Source: Bugula neritina
Lineage: Eukaryota; Animalia; Bryozoa
Reading direction: 5' to 3'
Length of the DNA stretch: 64,000 nt
Assembly (NCBI GenBank): GCA_964035545.1
Contig: OZ037769.1
Coordinates: 1,240,001-1,304,000, forward strand
Position numbers and translations under genes: made by a program. A model generated the notes under the pieces. That model saw only the letters and a program-made list of their open reading frames with translations. It searched no databases and was not told the DNA's origin. Of this stretch, positions 1 through 14,457 are shown piece after piece; within the stretch, counting starts at the first letter, position 1, and every line of letters begins with the position of its first letter.

Positions 1-192
1 TGGTTTATACGATGTGTCATGCCTTAAATAATCTCTGACTCAATTGACAGTCTCTTGGGAGTTGCTTTTTGAGTCTGTTCACTTTTACCTATAGCCCATA
101 GCAAATAGCTAAGTTCTACCAGCTGGTAGGTAATCCTAATGCTTGCAGGGTGCTTAGTCAGTCACTTCAGGTTTCCTTTTTTATTATTAAAG

Positions 193-3100
193 GCACCAGA
201 GATTTCAAACTGTGGAAGTATAACAGGATATGATGTAAGATATCCAACAACTGAATCTACACCTACACAAGTCAGTAGTACCAGTACTAGCATACTGACA
301 GATGGTGATGTGGAGATAACTTTCTCCGTTAGAGCTAAGAATAATGATAACCTCTACTCAGACTATGAGACAATTGTGTTTACATCTGATAAATTAGGTG
401 AGAATATATGACTATGTTCAATCTATTAACAAGGAAATATGTTTGTACAGTAAATGATGTTTATAGTGCAAAATTTGTTGCAGCTTAAAGACAAAATTTT
501 TAAAATGTTTTTATTTGAAAGGTCCAATTTGGAGCGGTACTCCCCAGCTTCTTATCCACCCTTCTAGTAGTGAGTGTGTCTCACTATCCTGGACTCTACC
601 AGATTATTCTAATGGTAATATACAGAAGTATGAGGTGAGATATTCTCATTCTATATAGAATCTAAGTTGAAACATATTTTTGTGATTTTGTAATTTTTAG
701 CTAAATAATAAAAAATAGTTTTCAGTTCTTATTGAAATGTTTCTAGATCAAGTGTACAGGTCAAGCAGCGTGGACAGAAGTTGAGTCATCTAAACTGGAA
801 ACACTTGTCTGTGGATTTTTTCCAAACACAGAAGTAGAGTGTATAATGAGAGCATGGAATGAACAGACATTCAGTGATGTCATTACATCAGATAAAGTTA
901 GGACTTACTGTTCAGGTAAATTTCAATGACATTAACAATTTATTATGCGTATTAAAATCTTGGGTGTTGCATTTATTACCTAATTTAGCCAAAAACAATT
1001 TTTTGTATTTTAACTGTAACTGTAACCATAGAATTATTATTAAAATAAGGAAGCGAAAATTATAAATTCTATTAAAGTTTACTACATGGGAAAACCACCA
1101 AGTTTAAAGAAATGTTAAAAATTGCTATTTTTAGCTCCTTTAAAACCAACAGCCGTTCAACTAGCAGGAATGACACCTACACAAGTTTTGACGGGTGGTG
1201 AAATTAAGCTAAGATATTCCATACAGTGGACTGTAAGTATGGTTTGAAGAAATATTAAACAAATATTTGGTTTATTCGCTGTGTCATGCATTAAATAATC
1301 TCTGACTTATTTGACAGTCTCTTGGGAGTTGCTTTTTTGAGTCTGTTCACTTTTACCTATAGCACATAGCCAATAGCTAAGTTCTACCAGCTGGTAGGTA
1401 ATCCCAACGCTTGTAGGGTAATTAGTCAGTCACTCCAGATTTCCTTTTTTATTATTAAAGGCACCAGAGATTTCAAACTGTGAAAGTATAACAGGATATG
1501 ATGTAAGATATCCAACAACTGAATCTACTCCTACACAAGTCAGTAGTACCAGTACTAGCATACTGACAGGTGGTGATGTGGAGATAACTTTCTCTGTTAG
1601 AGCTAAGAATAATGATGACCTCTACTCAGACTATGAGACATTTGTGTTTACATCTCCTAAATTAGGTGAGATTATATGACTATGTTCAATCTATTAACAA
1701 TAAACTATTTTTGTATAGTAAATGATGTTTATATTTCAGAATTTTTTGCAGCTTAAAAACAAAATTTGTCAAATTGTTTTATTCAAAAGGTCCAATTTGG
1801 AGCGGTACTCCCCAGCTTCTTATCCACCCTTCTAGCAGTGAGTGTGTTTCTCTATCCTGGACTCTACCAGATTATTCTAATGGTGATATACAAAAGTATG
1901 AGGTGAGATAATCTCATTCTATATAGATTTTGTGTTAAACTTTTTTTTTGTAATTATGTATTATTCAGCTGCAGCTGAATAATACATAATTACAAAAACG
2001 AAGTTTTCAGTTCTCATTGAAATGTTTCTAGATCGAGTGTACGGGTCAAGCAGACTGGACAGAAGTTGAGTCATCTAAACTGGGCACACTTGTCTGTGGA
2101 TATTCTCCAAACACAGAAGCAGAGTGTACATTGAGAGCATGGAATGAACAGACATTCAGTGATGTCATTACATCAGATAAAGTTAGGACTTACTGTTCAG
2201 GTAAATTTCAATGACATTAACAAATGATTATGTGTATTGAAACTTTAGGTGTTGCATTTATTACCTAATTTAGCCAAAAACAAAATAGTTTCATTCTAAC
2301 TGTAACTGTAAGCATGGGATTATTTTTAAAATAAAAAACCAAATTATAAATTCTATTAAAGTTGACTACATGGGAAAAGAACCAAGTTTAAAGAAATGTT
2401 TAAAAATTGCTATATTTAGCTCCTTTGAAAGCAACAGCCATTCAACTAGCAGGAATGACACCTACACAAGTTTTGACGGGTGGTGAAATTAAGCTAAGAT
2501 ATTCCATACAGTGGACTGTAAGTATGGTTTGAATAAATATTAAACAAATATTTGGTTTATTCCCTGTGTCATGCATTAAATAACCTCTGACTCAATTGGC
2601 AGTCTCTGAGGAGTTGCTTTTTTGAGTCTGTTCACTTTTTACCTATAGCCCATAGCTAATGACCAAGTTGTATCAGCTGGTAGGTAATCCCAATGCTTGT
2701 ATATAGAATACTTAGTCAGTCACTTCAGGTTTCTTTTTTATTATTAAAGGCACCAGATATTTCAAACTGTGAAAGTATAACAGGATATGATGTAAGATAT
2801 CCAACAACTGAATCGACACCTACACAAGTCAGTAGTACCAGTACTAGCATACTGACAGATGGTGATGTGGAGATAACTTTCTCTGTTAGAGCTAAGAATA
2901 ATGATGACCTCTACTCAGACTATGAGACATTTGTGTTTACATCTCCTAAATTAGGTGAGATTATATGACTATGTTCAATCTATTAACAATAAACTATTTT
3001 TGTATAGTAAATGATGTTTATATTTCAGAATTTGTTGCAGCTTAAAAACAAAATTTGTCAAATTGTTTTATTCAAAAGGTCCAATTTGGAGCGGTACTCC

Positions 3101-3475
3101 CCAGCTTCTTATCCACCCTTCTAGTAGTGAGTGTGTTTCTCTATCCTGGACTCTACCAGATTATTCTAATGGTGATATACAAAAGTATGAGGTGAGATAT
3201 TCTCATTCTATATAGAGTTTGTGTTAAACATTTTTTTTGTAGGCTAATTCTGTGTTATTCAGCTGACTAATAAAAGAGTTTTCAGTTCTTATTGAAATGT
3301 TTCTAGATCAAGTGTACAGGTCAAACAGACTGGACAGAAGTTGAGTCATCTAAACTAGACACACTTGTCTGTGGACATTCTCCAGACACAGAAGTAGAGT
3401 GTACAGTGAGAGCATGGAATGAACAGACATTCAGTGATATCATTACATCGGATAAAGTCAAGACCTACTGCTCAG
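193..3475 (+). repeat. About 1.27-1.29 kb tandem repeat unit encoding two FN3 domains (three copies visible)
   Basis: Near-identical exon and intron blocks starting at 193, 1461 and 2750. Confidence 0.92.
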
Positions 3476-6400
3476 GTACAGTTCTTATAGGACATTGAAA
3501 AATATTATGTATATTAAAATCTTGTGTTGCATTTCTCACTAAATTTGGCTGAAAACAATTTTTTATCTAATTTCATCATAAGTATAAGACATTTTTACTG
3601 AAAAAATGTAGCAATTTCAGAACATACACTTATATAGCTTCTGCAGCTTATTTAGGCAACGTGTAGACTATTTTTAATGCTTATTAGCTTGTTAGGATCC
3701 TTGCTAAGAAGCCTAATTTTTGTCTCTAAAGAATTCACATTTATCTTTAGCTCTTCTATAAGCCAAGCACTTACTATTAGTAATAATTAAATAATAATTG
3801 ATAATAAATAAAACGAATTTAGCTAGTACGTCTCTCTACCAACTATATTAACTCGTTTTTAACATAATTAATGTTATCAATGATTAAAGGTAACTTCAAC
3901 CAATATGAGTGATTCTGAAACCATCAGTGTATTTTTGAAAATAAAATAGTTTTAATAATAGATTTTAATGGAGCAAGCATTTTATCAGATGTAAGTCTAA
4001 TTTTTTTTACAGGTTCTACATCTCCAAGAAATATTCAGTTTAAAGATGAAGGTGTAAAATTAGAGAGTGACAGAAGAAGAAGAGAATACCTCATTACTTG
4101 GCAGGTCTGTGTGCTATCCAGCTTATCAAATAGCAATGAAATAACTGATATAAGTATTCTTTCAAGTAAAGTAACTTAATTAGTTTACAATAAAATGTGT
4201 TCTATTACTGATGATGGAGAAATATTTGCGCAAAGCTTTTTTTCCATTGTACCTTATAGCTGCTGCAGTTTTAACCAATGAAAACCCATTCTCATTTTAC
4301 TGTTTCAATCTTATTCTAATAAGATTCCATATTTGTTTTTTTTTGTACTTTTTTGCATAACAGGCCCCATCTACAACAAACTGTGACAGTATAGCAGAGT
4401 ATGAGATAAGATTTCCAACACCCTCTTCTGATATAATAACAACAAATTCTACAAATATGACAGTGTTTACCGAAAGTGATGTGGTGGTCACTTTCTGGGT
4501 TAGAGCTGTGAATAATGCTGGAAATATATCTGAACCTCGCATTAGAAATCTTACTACTGCTTTTTTCAGTAAGTCATTCTATCAAATCTATGCAAAATGC
4601 ACATCACTCTGAATAAGCCTTCAGTCACTATTTTATGCAACCAAGGCTGAAAAACAAACCAAGATTTAAATTATATGTTGTCATGTTCAAGCGTTTTTAA
4701 CATCAACACATAAAGTTTTTAGTATTTTAAATTTGTAATTCATTTAATGTAATTGGCAGTTGTTAAAATTTCCAAATTTTCATGTTTTGCTTTTTTCTCT
4801 GTTACTGCTAAAAAGTTTTTTGGCAGCTTATATCGCAATTGCTGTAAAAAAAATCTAATTTAATTTTACTGATAAAATTTGCAAGGTAAACAATAATGTC
4901 ACTGCAAGACTATCAAAAAACTGGTTTTAAAATTTTTCACAACTGCTTTATAACGTATAAAATACATATGTAATACATGCCCGTGTGTGAGTGATGGTAC
5001 GGCTGTGTGTGTATGTGTAGGTGCGTATGCCTATGTGTGTAATTCCATTATAATAAGAGTTTATATAATAATCAATACAAATGCATTCTCTATTATTTTA
5101 GCTCAAGATGAGCAGAGAGATGCAATCAGAGAGCTACATCTAGACTCAATGAGCTCTTACTGCGAGTTTAACCCCGCCGATGATCTCTCTCGTATCAAAC
5201 TTCTATCTGAAGCAGAAGATTTAGTAGAGAAGTCAGTTGGCTGGACAATACAGGTAGATTGTATTGATGGAGTACTGAGGAAGTTTTCATCAGAAGATGG
5301 TTTTACTGCTACATGTAATCCTACGATTGTTACCAATGATGATGGGTACGAAATACTAAAGTTTTATTGGGATCTCTCTCCTTTGCACGAGAATTGTGGT
5401 AATGGTAAGTGGTATTGAGATCTAGTTAGCACTATATTGTTTGTCTCCTTATAATTGTTGACTTTGGTAAAATGTCATTGGGGGAATTAATAAGGCTAAA
5501 TTTACTAAACATATGCTTTCTGTTTCTTGGATAATTCCTCTTCTTAGACTTCAATTCAATAACATCTAAGTTTGGCGGTTTTACATTGCATAAAAATGTA
5601 ATAAATAATTGCTTGGACTCTTGTTTTGTGTAGTTTTATTGCTCAAATATATCATTGGCGAGAGTGGTAGTTTTACAGAACCGAGCATTAGAAATTGCAC
5701 TCAATCCTTATTAAATTAGATGTAATAATATGAATAAATGAAGCACTCAAAGAGTTTTTGAAAATCTCTTTTATCTTGTGTTGATTGTGAAAGTTGTATG
5801 TTGATGTAGAGCCAGTTTGCACTCTAGTCAGTACTACCTACGACTACCCAGTCTTGGTAAATACATCTAATGAAGCGGAACTCGAGGATGAGATTCATAT
5901 GGAGCAAAGTGACGGACGAGTCCAACTCACTCGGCTACGCTTCTACCCAGTAGGCACAATGCAAGCGTACAATATTACAGATGATGCTTGTGGTAATGAT
6001 TCGCTCACTCTTTCTGCAAACTCAACAACATGGTCGATATGTGAGGCACCAGACAACCTTGAACTTCTCCTAGATAGTGATAGACCCGATGAGATGAGAA
6101 GATTCTTTTGGTTCTTCAACTATGGCCTTTGGTCCCAGCCACCTCCAGAATGCGGTAGAGTTTTCTGATACCAACTAGTGAGAAGCACCAGAAATTAGTG
6201 ATGAGATGAATATAAATGTTGTGATTATTATTTGAACTTCTGTTATTCAGCTCAAGAGCTCAAACCTCTAGTCTACTCAGACATAATGTTTAAAGTATTT
6301 TGCAAAAGCATGCAATTTAAGAAGATGTGAATAGCTGAAAAAAGAAGTCCAATTAATCTTTTCATTATGAATTAAAATTACTTTCATATAGTGTAGATGT

Positions 6401-9400
6401 TATGTTCTTGGTTCACGTCCCATTTTCCTGGTATATGTAATGGTGGAAACTTTTTTAATACTTTTAAACATGCAAAGATAAAAAAGTGGAAGATGACATT
6501 GGTAGTTAACCTTGGCGCTAAACAATGTTTCTCAAATGCCTATCAAGAGTTCTTCTACCTCTAAGGAGAACTATATGTCCTGGCAACGATTTACAGATAA
6601 TTTTATTTATATTTTATATCATCCTTTAGCTTTAGTGTTATTTTTAAAAACTTTAACCCATTAGTGCTAAGAACTTTGGTAGCAAAGTTAAGAAAACTAA
6701 GTTGTCGTACCGCTAGCATACTATACTGTAGCCTTTTGATTGTAACTTGTCTGTTCACTTTGATGTCTAGTGGTAAAGAGATGCTCAACTCCTAACAGAG
6801 CATTACTCGGTTTCTCTGACAATGATGTCTTCAGTAGTGAGCAATACTTCTACCAGTTGGGTGAGACTGTAAATGTGTCGTGTGCAGATGGTGAGAGTCA
6901 AACTAACCAGAAAGTAGACAGCGAGACGATTACCTGCCAGTAAGTAACCTGCTGCCGTTTCATTCTAATACTTTATTGGTTTACAACTTTCAACGCTGAG
7001 TTATTGTGTCAAAAAGAATTGATATATAATAGTATTAGACTGTAAAAAAAAAGGTTTATATTATTATATAAAACATACCTAGTCAATAACAGCAGTAGTA
7101 CCAATAACAATAGTCAATACCAACAGCAGCAGCAGCAACAGTAGTAGTAGCAGTATTAGCAGCAGCAGTAGCCACATAGACCACCATTGTCTTTTTCCAA
7201 TAACCTTTGTGTAGCCAAATTAAACTTCACCTCTTTTTTTAATTATTCCATTATTATTCTGCAATTGTGGCATTTTAGCAACTTTTCTCATGCTTATATT
7301 ATAATCAAATTTTGTCACAGATAAGCTTCAAAACTAAAAACTCACAACAGATGCTACAAGTCTGCAGGTCTGAATGGCCTAACTGATGCAAATTTATTCT
7401 GTACATAGTAGCATAAAGATGCATCTTTAATTTCATCAGTTTGATGTCTGAGCTTTCTTTGTTTAAGGCTGGATGATGATAAAAATGCTGTATTCCATAG
7501 AGACTCTGATTCTGCTCTGAGGCTACATTTTTGTAGTGAGTGAATTTATTTAATTTAATTATTTTCTAACCTATACTACTTATGTAACAGTCTCTCTTTA
7601 TCAATTTTGAACTACATAATAAAGCTAACTTTACAATCTGTCTCTGCAATTTTAAATGCTGCAGTAAACACATTTAAAAAGTAGTAGCACCAATTTGTAT
7701 GAATGGTTTTTACCTTGCTTTGGGTACACAAGATTAGCCAATCATGTTGCTGTTTTTTCAAACATTCAATTACTTTGGCTGTTTATTATTTTTCAAAGTT
7801 TCTCATAACAATAAATGATAATCTGCGTAAATATATAATGTTACCTGACAATTGTGAACCTACTATAATGAGTACTCAACACTCTTATCTAACAGGCGTT
7901 AAGACGTGTACCTTGCCATCTCTGAGTACTCTCGGTTTTGGAGACTACGCTGAGCTGGTTGAGTTTGATGAACTGTATAGCCTGTGGGAAACTGTAGTTG
8001 TAAGATGTCAGGATGGGAGCGCGCAGAGCCACCCTGATGTTGATACTGAAACTTTGACATGCGTGTAAGTTATAACGAGCTAGCTCAAGGTAAATATATA
8101 ATATAAACATCCCTTTCTGTTTTGCTACTATTTGGTTTCACAGATATAGGTAGAAATATAGAAAGGAAATACATAACAATTATATAGTATAATCACTATC
8201 TGGTTACCCCAAACTTATTGTAATGCTCAAGTAAAGTAGAACACATTTAGTAGCAAAATTTGCATAGTTCTGCAATTGTCTTTATGAAATGATAGATTGC
8301 GTAACTTAGCAATTTTGCTTTAAAGCAACCATCACAAGCATAAAGTGTAAAACATTCAACATAAATATCCCATGCCCTGTGAAGTGTGAATACAGTACGG
8401 TTTTAGTCTGTTTGCAATGTCAACCTGTTTGGGTTATAAAAATGATTGTTGTAACAGTGACTTAGGAGAAGAGAATTATGGATTTCAAAGAGAAGTAAAT
8501 TCTTCCTTGCAAATGGAAGAATGCCAACGTAAGTTGTATGAGTTAACTTACTTCAAACTATATTCTTGTAATTTACATTCTATATAGCATAAAAAATTAT
8601 GCAATAAGGTGAAGAATACTTTTAACCATATTATTGACTTATAAAAAAAGAATTTAAGTTTTTCACATTTCTTGCATTACTTCAATGCGAAAAAAATTGG
8701 TTAGACAAGATATTTATGTCTATGGAGCAAACAAACTAAAAAGCATATTGGACAGCTTATTGTTGTAAACTGGGAGCCTTATGTTAAAGTTGGCAAAATG
8801 TATTGAAAGACTAATAAAGTATTTCTACCATTATTTTGCTCATTTTCAAAGTAATACAGATAGCTTATTTCAAAGTCAATCACAAAATCATTAGACCTGT
8901 CAACAAGTGTTGATTGTGTGTCATGAGACGCGTCAACAGGTGCTCCTTGCCATCAACAAAAAAATATTCTAAAAAATTGTTGTTTTTCCTAATATTTAGC
9001 TTGTTTCTTTTAGCTATAAAATGTCCCATACCTGAAAACATTGCCATGAATGTGAGTGAAGCAGCCCTTCTAGGCACTAAGGCTATAGTTAGTTGCCCTG
9101 ACATAGACTTGGAGTACGTGAGTGAATGTGTGAAGTCAACAGATGACTCCGTGGAAGGAGTTTGGATCCCAACCCCCACCTGCCGTAAGTTCCTTTTGAT
9201 TTAGCTTTTTTTGACTCAGCTTTATATTTGTTTTCCAGTCAAAAGAAAAAGTTTCTCCAGTAAATTTTCTTTATAATATAATAAAATAGTCATGTGTTTC
9301 ATTCAATAGACAAATTACAATAATGTGGTATCTACCACTTTGCAGAAGGTTTTTATGTTCAAGAAAATGCACACTTTGTCTACTCAACAATATATGCTCA

Positions 9401-12400
9401 TCAACTTTACTTGCAGGCTCCAAGACATGTTGGCATTTTATGGCTGACTCAACTCTTTACGAGTATGAATTACAATATGGCCGCCATATAATTGGTGAGC
9501 CAAGACCGGTGCCACATAATGACACACTTACATTTGTATGTCCGCCAGGAACTGTGGGATACATGCGAAATGAGCTCTCATATCGATGTACTGTGTAAGT
9601 ATGTTTCCTTAGTGTAGGTGAAGCTGCAGTTATCTCTCTCTGTCATTTAGTAACTATTCTTTTGTATCACAATATAGAATCCATAGATTGTAATATATAT
9701 TTTATAGTATGTATTATAAACTCAACATAATATATTATGTGCTACAACAAATAATATATGTGATGGTGTGTAGTGTGAACCCTACATTAGTTTAGTGTTA
9801 TCATTTCACTTACAGGGGACCTGATGGGTTAGGTCACTTTGAAGCTCTGGAGCCTGACGTTAAACCCGACTGTCGAGGTATGGAATTATTATAATTTGTG
9901 TTTCTCTGTAAGCTATAATGTTGCAGTACTTTAGGCTATCACAAAACTAGGCTTAGATGTTGGGAACACAGTAAAGTCAGCAATGGATCATTGTACGTTG
10001 AATTTGGTAATCAGATCGGAGCAAATAACTCTCTCATCTTCATTAGACTGTTCCAGTCTTTACTACGTATCTGCTATGTTATATGCTCCATGTATCACGT
10101 CTGCATTGTATGCTCCATCTATTTGGCCTGAATTGTATACTATAGATATAAGATGCCCAAGAAATGACACCAGAACCGGGTCAGTTATGGACATCACCTA
10201 CCCGTACTACGAGAGACGCTGTGCTGAAGATGGCGACTGTAAGCTAGGCATGATCACTTCTCTCAACTGTTCTCAGAGTGAAACTGGATTCAAGCCTCTC
10301 TCTCAGTGTGTTGCACCTGAAAACGCCACGACCTTAGCAACTGATGCGGATGAGTTAGAGTTGGCTGTTGTGTCTGGCATTTGGTATCCACCTCCAGCGT
10401 GTGGTGAGAGTTTTTAATCTCTATTATTTTTATTATTTTGTATTTTATTTAGCAAAAATTATTTTACTTATTTACCAGGTGTATGAGCTGTTAATATCCA
10501 TCTCATAGAATACTTTTATTGTTTTTGTAATTTGAACATTGCATGTGATCTTTTGGCTAACTTAACTATGTATAGCCAGTGTAGTAGTGGTAAAAGCATT
10601 TCAATTAACCTCCTGTGATGATTGCAGACAGGGGTTGCTCACCGCCAGTCAACGTGTCTGGTGGAATGGATTGTAAAACGGGCAGAAGGTTTGACCGAGG
10701 AGAATGGAATTTCCTCGATGAGCTTGTCGTGACGTGTGTTTGTAAACCAGGATATGTAAGAGGTGAGGAGAGTAAACATTCTTGGAATCTAGAGTAACCA
10801 TAGCAACGCTAGCAACTTTTGTATAGCGCTTTGTAGTCATAGTAATGCTCGTAGTCATAGTAACATCAGTATAGCTATAGTAAACCTTATAAACGTAACA
10901 ACGCTGGCTACCATGGCTAATTTAGGCATCTCTGCTTAAACAAAACTTTTATTTTTCTTGCAATATGTCTGGTAAGTTTGAAATAAATGGTTTAGCAATA
11001 AAATTACTTTCTGGGCTTTTTGAAATTTTGATAATGAACCCTTTTCTTGGCTTAGAAAATTGCACATTATTATCACAGTTTGGGTAAGCAATTTATATTG
11101 GCATGCATTTAGGAATTTGTATTAGCATTAGTGAACAGTTTTGTTAGCTTTAATTCCTGTACATGTTTTTATCAGATGATGGGAGCTTGCCTGAAGCCAC
11201 CTGTAATGGACCAAACAACACATGGACCCCTACTAAGCCCTGTCACGGTAAAGCTTGCTAAATCTATGTATAACTGAATACAGTCTAAGTTTTTAAAGCT
11301 CTCAGCAAAATTAGTGAATATACTTCACAAAAACATTTATACAACACTGATGAGTTCAGGTGTGCTATTACCACTCCTGAAACAATTTTTATTTCTTCAA
11401 GTTATATAGCATAATATTGCAATTTAATTTAAATAAAAAATGTTCTTATAATGCAAATTCATTACTCCGCCATTCATTGCAATTATTTGTTGACCAGTGT
11501 CTAGAAAATATTTGCTGTAGTTTTTGCATTCAGCTACATGTATCATTTATACCCCAATGAATTTTTAACTTTAGTTGACTGTGGTCTAACACCGACACTC
11601 CCCCACGCTATTCAGGAAGTAACATACTATACAGATTACGCTCTCATGTACATTTCCTGTGAAGAAGGATATCAGCTATTTCCTGTTCGAGATGAACTTT
11701 CCCCGCCTGCTATTTCTCAATGTCACCATGGAAGTAAACGTTGGCTTAACCTGCATCTATATGAATGCAAAGGTGAAGTAATTTCACATTGATTGTCTTC
11801 AAAATGTACACTAGAGTCTTCATCAGTTGATATATATAGTTGTATCATTGTAAGAATATTGACTTTACCCAATATCACTGATTGCTATTACAGCTATTGA
11901 TGGATGTAAAGCCACTGAGATCACATCTAAGCACACTGATATTCATCTGCTCCCTGAAAAAGACATGTTCAATGATGTTGAAGTTGCCATAGCTACGTGT
12001 ACTAGGGGGTATTTGGAAAGCAAAGCTTGTAAGTATGTCATAGCCTTGTCTTCACTACAACCTCTGCAATTTGACAAGTATTCTGTGTAATAACAACATA
12101 AGTGATTATATAAATACTTACACATATTACTTACATTATATAATATCCTATGACTGTCTTTTATGTTATCCTACCTAAACAGCTAGTGTGATTTTTTCAT
12201 GTTCTAATGATAAAAAAATATTAGCTTTGAATTGCTCAAATTGGTGACGTTTTTTGCTTGAATATTCTTCTAAGTTTTAAAATGCTTTCATCTTTATTGA
12301 TCTGGATATTTGCTATTTGGGGAGTTGTAAAGGCACACCCACTTTTGACAATTGGCTGTAGGTTTCAGAATTTGCTATGATATGGTCATTTCCTTGTCCT

Positions 12401-13351
12401 TCACCTCAACACTATAAGTCTATAACATATCATGTAGACACTGCCATGTATGTTATCTTGCAGTGTATGAAGTTCTAAGATGTAAAACTGTTTGGGAAGA
12501 AGTACCTAATAACAAAACATGGCAGCCCATAGCCACTACCCTCGGAGAGCCAGAAGATCTTAGTGCATGGCCTTTCTTTCCCAATGTCACTATGAAGTTT
12601 GTCAGATTCGAATGGGATTTGTCTTACCTCAGAGGAAATCTCTCTTGCATCAGTAAGTAATGATTATGAATTTTATATGCTATAACTATATGTATACAGG
12701 ATGTAGCAGAAACATAAGGTGAGGGCCCATTAGATGAGTTGCCCAATTTGGTATTGCTAAAAAATTTGCACAGTTCAAAAATGTACTGTTGTGCGCAGAT
12801 GTTTGGTAGACGTCATGCAAGCAAAATGCATGTTTGATTTTGCTACCTAAATAGCTGTTCACTTTTAAAGTATTGGGTTTTTGTTTTAACTCTGTAGCAA
12901 TCAAATATTTTTTCTTTCTGTAGTTATATTTAAAGTTGTCTCATCACTGCAAAGTGCAGAGGGTGCAGCTATAGTGACAAATGTCTTTAAGTGAACAATA
13001 AACTCAAACAAAGATGTTGTCAGCTAGTAAATTTCTACTTTTTCAGACATTGTGACCTTACGTAAAAATGTGCTTGGAGCTATAATTTAGCAAAAGATGT
13101 CTATAAAATTATCACTTAGCATGTTTTAAATTAAATAAACAGTCATTTGGGTTCTAAATGTTTTTACAATGTTATATTAAAGATGCATATTTCAATTATA
13201 TATACGCTGTAGTTAAGAATATATGCAATGAATGCATGTAAACGTTATACAGAAGATATCTATTTAGTTAAGAGTTACAATATAATTTGATATATGATTG
13301 ACATTTTCAGCTGACGGACAAAACTTTGGCACATGGGAGATAACTAACTAA
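193..13351 (+). CDS. G1 (5'-truncated by window): secreted-class gene, at least 6.5 FN3 domains + about 10 CCP/sushi-like modules, no TM
   Basis: Spliced exons with AG/GT ends and continuous frame. FN3 exons: 193-397, 522-634, 747-915, 1135-1232, 1461-1665, 1790-1902, 2032-2200, 2420-2517, 2750-2954, 3079-3191, 3307-3475, 4013-4104, 4364-4568 (motifs LSWTLP..NG.IQKYE, VRAKN/VRAWN/VRAVN). Cys/Trp modules: 5102-5404, 5810-6154, 6771-6939, 7468-7535, 7896-8064, 8458-8528, 9014-9184, 9417-9594, 9816-9877, 10146-10403, 10628-10762, 11176-11247, 11575-11772, 11894-12028, 12464-12652. Terminal exon from 13311 (TDGQNFGTWEITN*), TAA 13349-13351. Confidence 0.85.
1945..1998. repeat. Perfect 54-bp palindrome in an FN3 intron (second copy 38633-38686 with 1 mismatch)
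   Basis: tttttgtaattatgtattattcagctg|cagctgaataatacataattacaaaaa. Confidence 0.95.
7088..7172. repeat. Degenerate (CAG/TAG/CAA)n trinucleotide repeat in an intron (copy at about 23606-23692)
   Basis: cagcagcagcagcaacagtagtagtagcag. Confidence 0.85.
10795..10920. repeat. Degenerate catag(c/t)aac minisatellite in an intron (copy at about 27320-27445)
   Basis: Repeated catagcaac/catagtaa units. Confidence 0.6.
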
Positions 13352-13595
13352 CTTCATTATCAAGAACTCTCTATAGAGTGGAAACAGTTCAGATTACCTG
13401 GACACACTTGTGTTAGATGTCTGGTCTGGTCTTTAATGCGTGCTTTACTCAGTCTTCACAATCAACTGTGTATTGTCAGTGTGTGAACATACTATTCTAG
13501 CTGTTTCAAAAATAAGCTGTAAATGTTTTGAATCTATATACTGCTTTACTTGTTGTGTACTGTATGCATATCTGTTGTTTGTTTTGACTGGTTAA

Positions 13596-13601
13596 AATAA
13601 A
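13596..13601 (+). terminator. Putative polyadenylation signal of G1 (G2: 30119-30124; G3 candidate: 44534-44539)
   Basis: AATAAA about 250 bp after the stop, followed by GT-rich sequence, conserved in G1 and G2. Confidence 0.55.
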
Positions 13602-13989
13602 GTTTGTGTATATCATAAATGGGTTGATAGGTATGATCTACATGTAGTTGTATAAAGATAAGAACACAATTCAAGTAGAGCAATAATATTAAAGAGCAGC
13701 AGAGGCATAGTGGGTGGAGCTTAGGCCTAGTATACTACCTACTATATGTCTTATAAGCTTTCCTCTAATGGTACTGATAGGAATGGCACATAATGTGATA
13801 TTATATCTGGCTACTGCTCAGTCTGTTTGATATAGTTCTGTTCAATTTTCTCTATAGTGTATGCTCAAACTAAACAGAAAAGCTATTATGAGAATTATAT
13901 ATAATGCCCATTGCGTTGTATCACATTGTAATGCAAAGCCAAAGAACCACTTAACTAAAACTATCTTAGAAAAGAGTTTCAAGCAAATC

Positions 13990-14457
13990 AAGTTTACCAT
14001 TGACAAGGAAGTTGTTATAATTTGAAACATGACTTGTATATTACTTTAGCTTGATTCCAAATATAACTTTAGCCTAATTTCTGCTCATGTGACTGTAGAT
14101 CTAACTACTTCTCAGTCTATTTAAATTTTGTGTTCTCTTTTTTAACTAATGAATGCTCAAACTGAATAGAAAGCTTTGTATTAGCAAAAGCAATAAAAAG
14201 CTGACAAAAGATCTATAGAACAAATCTATTATTATAGAAACTCAACAATGAACAGGGAAGTTGTTTTAAACTAAACTTCTATTGTGAGTGAAACTCTAAT
14301 ATGTTCTACATAGCACTTCAGTAACATATGTATGTGAAGGTAGAATAGGTTAAGAAACAGCCTAGAGTAAAGTTTTGAAAAAGATTATTCATATTGTATT
14401 GAGTGAAAGAAGACAATATATTAGTTAGAGTATCTATGGAGGTCAACTAAGCAGAAG
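13990..14457 (+). promoter_or_regulatory. Putative promoter/5' region conserved upstream of G2-G5; two GGAAGT (ETS-like) motifs and a TCATGTGAC (M-box/E-box) motif
   Basis: GGAAGT at 14007-14012 and 14256-14261; TCATGTGAC at 14085-14093; conserved upstream of ATGs 30981, 45675 and 58411. Confidence 0.45.
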
